Assembly (NCBI RefSeq): GCF_964204645.1
Contig: NC_134026.1
Coordinates: 28,182,150-28,246,149 of the forward strand
Source of the DNA: Tubulanus polymorphus
Lineage: Eukaryota > Animalia > Nemertea
Reading direction: 5' to 3'
Length of the DNA: 64,000 nt
Position numbers and translations under genes: made by a program. The notes under the pieces were generated by a model, which saw nothing but the letters and a program-made list of their open reading frames with translations, was not told the origin of the DNA and ran no database searches. Each line of letters starts with the position of its first letter. Positions within the stretch are counted from its first letter, which is position 1. Below are positions 40,922 to 51,741 of this stretch, piece by piece.

Positions 40922-41553
40922 ATGTACTCAAAACTCAGGGAACTTTCTATCTAGCATAAGAATAATAATCCATTCAGATAAGTTTTATTTCGTATAATCT
41001 GGAGCAATACATAATTACGGAGCAATTTTGAGTAGAACATATTAAATGCTCATTATGGGATCTAAAGATACATTTAAGATATTTCCCGGCTATTCTTACA
41101 TACAGATGTTATGAAATATTGGAAAAGCACACATTGTTCTAAAAGTTTTATCTGTAGATTCGTTTTATATCAATTTTTTAGAATCGTGACTAACAAGGAT
41201 GTTATATTATCATGTACAACGGTTATTCATTAATTTTTCAAAAACATACATATGAAAATAAACGCATCATGTTATGTGCGATAAGTTTTTAACGCATTGC
41301 TTTGTTTTTTTTCAGATAGTGAATTTTAATTCTATTTCGTCAGTTTTTATATGACCAGCAATATTAACGCTTTTCACGTATTTTATACTTTCTCCATTCA
41401 ATATAATGATACTGAAGAATAAAAGAACAGGACTTCCTAATTTGCATTGAAAATGATAGTTTGTGTTTTTGTACTCGTGTTCGGTGGGATATTTTCCTTC
41501 TCGTTTACGAACATTGGTGATTGTTTTCCACGCAAGTTGATCAACAATTCTCA

Positions 41554-41625
41554 TTACTGGAGACCTGTGATACCTGGTCCATCTAGACTCCCTAATCGTC
41601 TCAGTAATAGCCGCATGGCGTCCAT
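41554..41625 (-). CDS. Putative 23-aa micropeptide or terminal coding exon, copy 2 (MDAMRLLLRRLGSLDGPGITGLQ)
   Basis: Paralogous to 37547-37618; acceptor ttccgtcacag (exon starts at 41630); 21/23 aa identical despite 10 nucleotide differences. Confidence 0.55.
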   Translation of the reverse strand: MDAMRLLLRRLGSLDGPGITGLQ

Positions 41626-42232
41626 AAATCCTGTGACGGAATGACCTTCGAATGGACAGTTTGCTTTTGTGTACACGTCATTTTTAATGCATCGTCTGTA
41701 ATTCCGCGGTCAGTACTAAACAAATTCTGATGATATTTAAGGTAAAATAGAAGAAATAGAATAAAGAAACAACAAATGAATAATTGATATGATAGACTTG
41801 ATAATCAACCAAAAAACCGACATATGTTTTGGAGAACTCCAATGGATCGCTGTGAATAGTACACCGAGCACGTATATCGATATAAAATCCAAATTTGTTC
41901 AAGTGCTTATTGGATGCTATCCGTAAAACTGGCCGGAGGAGATGGCAGCAAATGTAATTTTTCTCCTGAAAGAAATGATTCTGTGTATAAAAGATAAGTC
42001 TTTTGCCTTATGGTAATGTTACTTTTGGAAATTTATCCTGATATTTCTAGTCATGTGTGCATGACCATTTTTCTCCACGTCACGTTGTTAAATATATATG
42101 GGAATGTGGCATTGCCTGGTGTGAAGATTTTAAAATATTATCTGCTCACTTCTACGCCATCTATCGTATCAATTCAGATGAATTCTTATCGAAAATTTGC
42201 TTTTATTTTGCTTTCTTTAACAATAATGACGT

Positions 42233-43369
42233 CTAAGTCGGAGGTCGTCCGAAATAAACGAGTTTAATATATGAACCTAATAGATCATTAAAGTGTACAT
42301 ATTCTGAAAGCGATTTTACATGAGTTTCAATATCTCTATGATGAATTATTATAATAATGATTATCATAATTAGTAAAATTGCGTAAACAATGAATAAACA
42401 TCCCCACACAGACACACATTTTCCCTGTATCACAACATAGTTTTGACTTATGTTTTCTTTTTCCTCTGTTATTTTACGTTCGTGACGATCTGAAGACTGT
42501 ATATTATTATCTTCCACGGCGCCTTCGTCACGTTTTTTATCAACCCGTCTGGAAAACGTGTCGTTAACTACATGTTTCACGGCTGTAATTGCTCTGTCTT
42601 TGAAATCGTTGAACGATCTTTTCGATACGAGAAAGAAGTCGTTGTCATCGCTGTTCCTAGAATACTCCGGTGTGGGAGGATCATTAGATGCCTTACTTTC
42701 GGGGAAATTTATTCCGTATGATTTATCTTCTGCTTCTGGCGCTGAAGCGACGCCCGAATCTTCGTTCAAAAGTGTCGAACTTAACTGAACATTATCCGAT
42801 ACGATGTCAGTCACTTTGAGGGGTTGCTCAAAATCTGCCTGCGAAATGGTGCGATCAAAATCGCACAGTTGTAGTTTTGAAAATGCCATTTTGCTCGTTG
42901 CGGTAAGCTCGGTGATAGAATTTGTCAACATTCGAAGATTGTTCATAATTTTGTCTATGTCTTGCCATATAACAGATTCAGTCCCTTGTGGGTAAGATTC
43001 GTGGTCAGTTGACATTGGTTTAAGACCAGCAGTTTGTTGTGCAGCCTCAACATTTTTGCTTAATGACGAAAACCCCGGGACCAAACTACTGATAAACCGA
43101 ATCATTTCAGTTTCGGTCGAACACTCGACTAATGCATCCGTCATGCTCTGAACTTTAGCGATGTCTTTGTGAATATTGCAGAGAATTATTGATACCTTCG
43201 CTTCGGGATATACTTTTTGTATTATATCCATTGTATGTTCCAATTTCCAGCATACCTTATTCAATTGCTCATGAATCCTAGCTTTCATCTGATTCATGTC
43301 GATATCATGACTAGGGGCAACATTTTCTACCTGGTCTGCTTTGGTAGATCTCTCGCCAGAAGAAGCCAT
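42233..43369 (-). CDS. Intronless 378-aa tail-anchored helical/coiled-coil protein with a KASH-like C-terminus
   Basis: Long ORF with aaaATGG start context; single C-terminal TM helix (VWGCLFIVYAILLIMIIIIIII) followed by a ~36-aa tail ending LLGSYIKLVYFGRPPT-stop. Confidence 0.8.
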   Translation of the reverse strand: MASSGERSTKADQVENVAPSHDIDMNQMKARIHEQLNKVCWKLEHTMDIIQKVYPEAKVSIILCNIHKDIAKVQSMTDALVECSTETEMIRFISSLVPGFSSLSKNVEAAQQTAGLKPMSTDHESYPQGTESVIWQDIDKIMNNLRMLTNSITELTATSKMAFSKLQLCDFDRTISQADFEQPLKVTDIVSDNVQLSSTLLNEDSGVASAPEAEDKSYGINFPESKASNDPPTPEYSRNSDDNDFFLVSKRSFNDFKDRAITAVKHVVNDTFSRRVDKKRDEGAVEDNNIQSSDRHERKITEEKENISQNYVVIQGKCVSVWGCLFIVYAILLIMIIIIIIIHHRDIETHVKSLSEYVHFNDLLGSYIKLVYFGRPPT

Positions 43370-43800
43370 TTTATTTCAGAATCCTCCGTTCTCGAAACAA
43401 ACCGTTGCTAACAATAACAACATTAACTGTTGTATTCCTATCATGGGATCAACTGAAAGGAGATCGTAGTTCCGCGGATTCAAAAACTTAGGTTGTGATT
43501 AGGTCCCAATGTCGGAGAAAAATTTCTACATTTACAATCATAGGATCATGAGAAATTCATCAAAATTTGTGAATGTTCATTTGCCCAGTTTCACAAAAAA
43601 GTTAAACTCTTTATTCGATTTTATTATTTCTTTATTAATTCAGCTTATCTTCAATCGATATGGAAGTGAATCGGTTCAGGTAAATTATTAGAGCGTATTC
43701 AAAAAATATATATGAGAAGATGCAATATGTATATATTGAAAAGGACTGGAATATTAAAAAGGAAAGAAAACTATACATGATTCGAAATATATATAGAATT

Positions 43801-46385
43801 TTAGGATTTCAAAACACTTTCGTGGCAGTAACCCCAATGTGGCACAGAATCGTAATTAGTAACTGTAGCGCACCAGGTCCTCTCGTCTGCTGAGGGTAAA
43901 CAATGACTATAACTCTTTCCTTCGAAAATGAAAGGGAATGCGCACGTGGCCCCCGGGTCGTTACCTCCAGTAACTTTCATATGACCTGTAAAATACATTA
44001 ATGACGTTGATTAGACGAACATGAAGTCAATATAATCTCTTGATCCGTTTTGATATACAAAAACTTCATTAAACTGACAAGCATTCAAAAAAGATTTTCT
44101 GATATCGTAATATTGTCCTTACCGCTGCAATATCCCCATTTATAATCTTCGTCAAAATTCGGCGTAACGGAACACCAAGGTCGTCTCGCCGCTTCAAATA
44201 TACAGCCATGCCTTAATTGTCCATTGTACACAAACGGTAAAACGCACGGAGCACCTTCTGAATTTCCATTCTCAGTTTTATTTCCTAGAATGATTTCCCT
44301 AAAATGTTAGGTTTAGAATACTTTTCGAAATGGAAGCGATAGATGAAGATATGAATGTATCGATTACCGAAGCGATAGCAGCCAATTGTTTTTAGATATA
44401 TTTCATGTTCGGGACATGTACATTCAAATGCAAGTTTGCTATCTGTTACTTTTATGACTTCACACCTTGCATGACCAGTGCAAGGGTTCGACGAGCACGG
44501 CCCAGAACCTAAAAGCAAAATCCAGACGGGCAAAGAAAGTAAAACCGAGTAAAAACGATAGATGCCGCTAGTGAGTTTGGGAGCAAACATTAGAAACTTA
44601 CAAACACTTTGTTATCAATCATTCTAATCATGATATCTATTTTGTATTACTTACGAATGCATTTGGGAGTGTGGCCGGACCATGTTCCGTTTGAGAAGCA
44701 AATCCGTGTTTTATATCCCTCTAGCTTGTAACCTCGTTCACATGAATAAATGACCGTACTGTTTATACGGACGCCTGAGTACCGTAGGTTACCGCGAGGA
44801 ATCTTAGTCAGTGCTGGACATTTCATTTCTTAAAAAATGTAATTGCTAGATTTCATCTTAATGGAAATATTTATCAATACTGATTCGTTTAACTGACATA
44901 GTCACCTTCGCATTGTGGTACATTTCCTTCCCAATGTGGTCCTTTTTCGATATTATACATACATACAGCAGTCGTTTCTTTGATATCATACGGGAATTGA
45001 TAGTTCTTTTCGCATCGGAAACGAGCTACGTAACCAAATTCATAGTAGGCCGATTTGTTCAGCAGGATTATTCTGCTTTTCAAGGGAATTTCTTCTTCTT
45101 TACATCCGAGAGCTGAAAGACGAATAAAATGGTCGACGCTTATCATAAACAAATAGATGAATAGTTGGGTAAAACAAATCAAAATCAGAGAAGTCTGCTG
45201 TACCTCGATATTCGATCCAGAATCCTCTTTGACTTGTAAAGAAATTGCGTTCTGATTGAAAGGTAATCGAAGCATGTTCGTTGATGCTCCTAAATGTCAC
45301 CCCTATTTTAGGAGTATCGCAAATCAACAACTCATTATTCGCTTTTCCTTGTATATTGGTAAATCTAGCGTAAGATTTCGAGCAAGCATCGAGAACAAAC
45401 TCCCGAATCCTAAACTCTATTATCTGTCCCTTCCCCAGAGTTATTTTCCAGTTGCAGTGTCTGTGGTTGGCGTAGTCTTTGTACGGGAAATTAGGATTTA
45501 TTATATTTCCTGTTGGTGAGGTATATTCTCCATTGCATCGTGGAAATCCTATGGTAAGAAATATGTAAGTATTTCAGTGTGAGAGTTGCGATGAATATGC
45601 CATAATGTAACAATTATTAATGAGAAAATTACCTTGATATTCTATACGCCAACCTAAACCTCCACCTTTCCTCCTCTCAAAACGAATAAATGCTTTGTTT
45701 CTAGCCATGAATAATACGAGAGGAACATCTTTCGCACTTCCTTCATAAACTTCGCGCAAAGAATCTTCGCGGAGGGCATCGCTCTTGGTTCCTTCATATA
45801 TAAAAACTTTGTCCTCTGGCGCCAGCTTCATTTTGGTTACGGTGAGTTGTAGCCGGTTTTCATCGCCATCTATCACTATTTCCCGTTCAATGATCGGACC
45901 CGCTGCATATGGCTCGGGAAAGTTAGGAGATGTAATCAAACCGCTTTCACCTTAGTGAAAATAATTATTTGCTTTTTAATCTAAGTACGAGTATGATATG
46001 GCTGGCAACAGGGGCAGTATCTGATAAGAATGTTTTACTAACTTGTTTTAAACGGTACTGATAGATGATTGAATTTAATCGTGGACAGACAAAAGACTAG
46101 ATTTAATAGTTTAGTTTATTTCCACAAGAAATTGTAACAAATTTTATATTTATAAAGGATGTTCCAATATCAGTAGTAGGTGCTCATTTAAAGCAAGGTT
46201 GCTTGTCGGGTATGAGACACATATCCCTCACACGCGGTCAAAACACATCATCAATCATGCACACATTCACACATTCAAATTTACAAAATTTAAATTGGTC
46301 AGAAAAACAAATTCGTTTATGTCATACCTTTGATCAAAACAACCGTTGCCCAAAAAGCCAGTAATAACCGCAGTATGTTCTCCAT
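43801..46385 (-). CDS. Secreted mosaic protein: signal peptide-CUB-CUB-CCP(sushi)-CCP-EGF-FN2-FN2 (~529 aa)
   Basis: Eight exons joined by phase-1 introns: 46385-46328 (MENILRLLLAFWATVVLIKG); 45950-45633 (CUB, GLITSPNFPEPY...GWRIEY); 45548-45204 (CUB, CNGEYTSPTGNIINPNFP...CNWKI...GFWIEY); 45112-44906 and 44828-44655 (sushi, WEGNVPQC and WSGHTPKC); 44508-44368 (EGF, PCSSNPC); 44284-44123 and 43985-43801 (FN2, CVLPF...WCSVT...WGYC and CAFPF...WCATV...WGYC). Minus-strand AATAAA signals at ~43609-43636. Confidence 0.92.
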
Positions 46386-47255
46386 TCTCTCGATGAGAGC
46401 AATCTATGAGAAATCAAAATATGTATGCGTTTTTTTATATCACCAGACACTGTCTGATAATAGATTGATTACTTGAGGTTTGAAATAGTATTTGATTTAT
46501 TTGTTCATCAGTCCACCAGTTATAGTTTAGGTTATGTACATCGTGACTGCCACTGATAAATACTGATAACAGAATAAAAACTAGGATCTTGGCTTAAAAC
46601 CATTGCTAAAATAGTAGTGATTGATTGACGTCCGATAAGAAACAAACAGTCAAATATTTTGAATTCGGGTAGATATTTGAACAGACCATACGAAGGTCCG
46701 ATTTCTTGGGTGGCCGGTTTCTTTATTGTGTCATTTTTATTGCAGTTAGATAGAATTTCATTGACTAACTGCTCCCGTTGTCTTTATTACAGAAAAGTTT
46801 TAGCAACTATTTCTTTCATTAACAATAGAAGAAAACGGTTCATTGTAGGCAGAAAGGCCATAAGAACTGCACCAGAATGTTACTTTTTCATCTGGGTGCT
46901 TCCTTGTTTCGAGTAAATATTCGTTGATCTCAAATTACCGTTCGGCAGCGGGGTATCTGTCGGGCTACATGTCTCGCATTGTCTGCCATTTTGTCAGGAT
47001 TAGTTTGAGTGGTGCTCGAAAAAGTGGCAAAATCTCTATCTCGTCCCATCAGGAAAAATCAAAGCGACCACACAACCCATGCATTTAAGATTGTTTTGTA
47101 TTCTATTCTAGAGCGCGATGTTTCGGCTTAATTCCTTTTTTAAAATGATTACAACTGATTGAATGATATCATTAAATGCACGTATCACCTTCAAGAATAC
47201 CCGGTTATGCCAGAATCGCCTCTCAATATAAGGGACGAGTATATGCTGAAAAAGC

Positions 47256-48951
47256 CCAACATATGGTCGATCAAAATCTTTTATAAATATCGTCTGTCGT
47301 CGGTAAAAGTTAAATATTTTGTTCGTGACATGGAATGAATTTCGGTATTTAAATGTTGTATGGAAGGTGTGATGCATCACACGAATACAAAGAAACCTTT
47401 TCTTCGCAAGTCTTGAGGAACAGTGTGAAGACACGACCACGAGGTTTAGATTTATGGTAATTTTCATTCTGACTATAAACCGGCTTTCTGAGTTTTTTTT
47501 TAGAGTAATTTGAACTTTACGAGCGCCAACCGGAATGAATCAAAACGGTCAATAGTCAATGATCATTAGTAAATATTCTTCATTCATCGAATTTAACCTA
47601 GGATTTTCCTTTTTTCAAATCCTCGCGTAGACAATACCGATTAACCGGATACGTAATAGAGGGTTTTTAAGTCGCCTAAAGACTGTAAGATATTTGGTAA
47701 GATCTTTGGTCACCTAGTTAAAACCAGTCAGCTTTGACGTAGAGATTAACTGGTTGAGTTCGTCACATTCTCAGACGAACTTATCTTTATTAGGAAACAG
47801 ATTTTCCATTGTAGTCAAATGCGCATCGCGTAACTCATCATTCGCTTCGGTTAACAGCGAAATACCCAACTTCATAGACCCCATTCTTGCCATCCACCAG
47901 AGCCAACTTCCAACATATGGCGTATGCAAATGTTCGCTTTCCTTCTCTCCGAAAGGCGTCTGCGATAGGTCGTACTATTGAAATCAGTGTTTACTAAATG
48001 ATACCAGAAGAAAAGCCCAGAAGCCATTATCCGTTGTTCAATAGCAAAAGGTGCGACTCTCATTTGGATTCAGTTGACCTGGAGGCAAATCTTGTCACCG
48101 TCAACTGTCGCCTCACTTGAATTGACAGGTATTTCATCAGGTCCGGTCTTCTTACACAGATGGTCTATAGTGCAACGCCATTATCCCTGATGCAATTTTT
48201 AACTAATAGTAATAATCTAGATGACACTACTTGACAACTGGATCTCGAAGCCTGGAGTGATGATTTATTGTGACGTCATCGATCAAGGTGTCCAAATGAC
48301 CGATTACAATGCCTACTAGCAATCAGGTTTCTGTCGGGCATAGTTCTGATTTAGGATATGTGACAATTTGGAGCCAATATGGTGCCAGAAAGAGCCGTGG
48401 GAACAATCATAAACTTGGCATAACCCACAGAATGGCCGTGTGGTCTGATGCGTTAAGCTATAGTCAACAACGTATCATAGATTCACCTAGATTTCAGATA
48501 AAGAAGATGATGTCATTTTTAGATGAATTACGGTAGCTGCGGGAAAGTGGTTGATTGAAAACGAAGAAAGTAAATATGACGAAATAGCGGGTAAACATCA
48601 GTGGTAAATACTCGCCGATTGCTTTACAATCAAAACTCGTGAAAAGACACGAAATAACGTGAGATTTGACTAAAGATTTAACAAGACAGACATCCTTCAG
48701 GAAGTATTCAGTAAATAATCCGTGAAATTGATTGTACAATAAAACACGACATTGATATAAACTACTTTCATTCTGTGTCTGCGACTTAGGCAGACCAGAA
48801 CTACAGAACTACTTTCATTCCATCTGCGTTCTCAACTATCGTAGGAATATAAGAATTTTTATGACGATGATGTTCTCCCTGGTCCATAATTATTTACAAA
48901 TTATCGACGAAGTTAAAATTGCCAGCCATGAAATTTAACAACGACATATGG
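47256..48951. promoter_or_regulatory. Cluster of CATATG E-boxes upstream of the bHLHe22 gene
   Basis: Identical 11-mer CCAACATATGG at 47256-47266 and 47910-47920; third CATATG at 48945-48950. Confidence 0.35.
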
Positions 48952-51057
48952 ATAGCCTCTGGAGGCAAAGTAACTCGTAATTAAGCATTTCAATATTCGG
49001 CGATCACAAAATACGACTTATATGCCACACAATCGAGGATTAAAGTTGCAATTCTTGTACGGCTGTCAATTTCAAAATGAGCTATTGTATCCAAAAAACC
49101 ATCAGAAAGCGTTGATGGTCGTAATACCAAAGGAGACAAACAGCTGTATCTAAACCTCGCTATTATTCACATCAATGATACTATAATCATCAACGGTAAA
49201 CTGTCAGATCGTTCTACATCAACCAACTATATCTTCAATTTCAAGAAAAAATCGTTTGATTAACGAAAAATACAACTCAAATATCTCAGATCCCTTTTTT
49301 AAACAGTGAGTTTCAACGGACACTAAAAGTTTTATTCTATTTTCTTTTATATTGTCAACACATATCTAATACAGCTAACGTTTTAGATAACTCTCGATTT
49401 AGGAATAGCCTAACTCGATTTATGTTATCTGAGTTTCGGAAATAGATCTATTTGTTGATATCAATCCGTAATCGATTCTTAAAACTGCCTAAATAGTATA
49501 ATGCACACACGTTTCTACAAAAAGTCTTTCGGAAGCTCTTCAGCGAGGTTATGTCACAATACGATACATCTCGCGCGATTTAGCACGCGTTAAAGCTTCT
49601 TGATCAAATTCACAAAACCCCGGCATTCATATTGAATCTATAGACAGATTAAACTCGTTAGACTAAACTAATCGATTGAAATGATGTAATCTCAAGATAA
49701 CCTATACTTAATCATGATTAGTTGAATGTTCAGTGAGTTCGTAATCACTATTTCTCAAATATCGAGTTGTACATTTCATTGCTGCTTACATACGTTGTTT
49801 GGCCTTCTAGTCTGTTTCGGGTATTTTGGACATTTCAAATTTTATATAATCTAGAGTTATAATATAAACGCTATTGTTTGTTATATTCCTTTCACGTAGT
49901 TCGCATCAATAAATAATTATGCGCCGTTACCATGTGACAGCGCTTGTCTATAATTGAATTTGTGCCGGTTGAATTTCTTGCTGATTGGCCGTCTCTTCAC
50001 ATTCCCCTTTAACCTAACCTTATAAAACACTTTATATCCATCAAAATTGTTACAGTGATCAGCGTTCCTTTTGCAGCCCTGCTCAGATACACAGTAGATG
50101 AATGCGCAATGTTCACCTCGGAATATCTTATAGATTGCTGAAAATAAAGTTATAAAGAGGTTCTCTACTCAAGGTTCTCTTTAATCACAGCCTATTTTTC
50201 GAATTGATTTTTTATCATCTCTACATTGTGATAATAAATGATCATAAATTCATGTTTTCAAATCAAAATTTCCTGCTCCGTTTGATATATTTTGGCGTTG
50301 ACAGAAACCGCGAGATAACGTTCAGGAAACAAGCTGCGCGAATTCTAAACATTGATTGACTCGTCGTACCATAAAAAATAAACATTAATAAGAAGAGAAG
50401 GAATAAAACTGGCTTTCTTTATAGTGAACCACTTCTTGCACGAGAAGTCAGTAGCTGAGGGCATTTTTGTCAATACAATTCACTCATAAAGCTCATAAAC
50501 AGTTATAATAGCTGCTTTCTCTAAAGACCAGATTCATTATTGTATTATGCGACTAGCGGTGTGGGTTTATAGCTGTTAGATTATTTTCTCGCAGGCAGCG
50601 AGCGGTTCGTTAAGGACTTTCTTCTCAGCTCTTGGATCGTCTGGCTAGAGTGATGTCAAACCGAGGCGCGCGTACGTCTTGTCCAATAGGAAAGCTCGTT
50701 TCATTGTGTCACTCTTGATTCCGACAATTAGTGAGTTTGACAGCGTGTAACAATACGCTATTGCCCGGTAACCGTCTTGTAGGCTGCTGGTAGACCCGCA
50801 CCGGATTATCAGTCGACCGTGGTCGGAGCACTTATCAGTCGCAAAACGCGAGCTATCAACTTTCATGGATTGAATCAAACTATTCGAAAAAGTTTCCGAA
50901 CTCCGTCAAATCTGTTGGTATAGAACTGATTCCAAAGATAATCGTTTTGAGGATTACAAACGATTTAAATTGCGATTTGAGGTGAGATACTCTTCTAGAT
51001 TTCTCAAAGATTTTGCGAATTTTTTCTAACTCTTAACAGCAACGGGTTGAAGAACAA

Positions 51058-51741
51058 ATGAACAACATGGAGTTTCGACATATGAATTTCCCAATGGACG
51101 ATAAAACGTGCGCACCCGGATTTCTGCCGCAATTACCAAACCAAATGCTTTCGGCGAGCAATGAGAGATCTGGCAACGTCGTTGACTTATCATCGAAAGG
51201 TCGTAAATCTCCTGATTTCCAGATCGAGGAAGGGGATATCAGCGACGATGGTTCGCAGACTTCCTTGAAAGACTGCGGTGAAACGGACAATTTCGGCGAG
51301 GATTACGAAAAACGAAGTTTGCAAAAGAAAAATAAGGTAAACTCTAACAAGAAAACTATGAAACATACCGGTATCCGATTGAATATAAACGCACGGGAGC
51401 GCAGGAGAATGCATGATCTGAATGATGCTTTAGATGAACTACGAGCAGTTATTCCCTACGCGCATAGTCCAAGCGTTAGGAAACTATCAAAAATCGCTAC
51501 GTTGTTGCTGGCGAAAAATTTCATACTCATGCAAGCCAACGCTTTGGAGGAAATGCGTCGTCTTGTTGCTTTTATGAATGCTCCAGCGCCTCCTCCGTGT
51601 TACGAGTTTTCGCCGGCACCGTTCGGCCGCCTACCTCCAGCGGGTACGGGGGATAAGTGTCCACCTCCACCTCAGATATACTCGCATCCTCCAGCCTCAC
51701 CTGTGTGCAAACCTTGCCCCCAGAACGAGTCTGCAGTATGA
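51058..51741 (+). CDS. BHLHE22: Class E bHLH transcription factor, Beta3/bHLHe22/23 (Drosophila Oli) orthologue; intronless, 227 aa
   Basis: bHLH domain [65 protein letters not shown] is the Beta3-family signature; C-terminal DKC...CKPC motif; AATAAA signals near 52433, 52485 and 52793. Confidence 0.96.
   Translation: MNNMEFRHMNFPMDDKTCAPGFLPQLPNQMLSASNERSGNVVDLSSKGRKSPDFQIEEGDISDDGSQTSLKDCGETDNFGEDYEKRSLQKKNKVNSNKKTMKHTGIRLNINARERRRMHDLNDALDELRAVIPYAHSPSVRKLSKIATLLLAKNFILMQANALEEMRRLVAFMNAPAPPPCYEFSPAPFGRLPPAGTGDKCPPPPQIYSHPPASPVCKPCPQNESAV

Noticed and set aside
37233-41554. Minus-strand ORFs 37233..37547 and 41312..41554 starting at a TAATG stop/start overlap with the micro-ORFs
   Set aside because: The two ORFs are not similar to each other beyond the first residues, so they are probably 3' UTR.
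41447-41644. Plus-strand 65-aa ORF with a hydrophobic, signal-like N-terminus
   Set aside because: In the paralogous segment most substitutions are non-synonymous in this frame and the N-terminus is not conserved; the antisense 23-codon frame explains the conservation better.
51033-51414. Antisense ORFs overlapping bHLHe22 (and similar ones over the CNG, cupin and KASH-like genes)
   Set aside because: Shadow frames of genuine coding sequence on the opposite strand.
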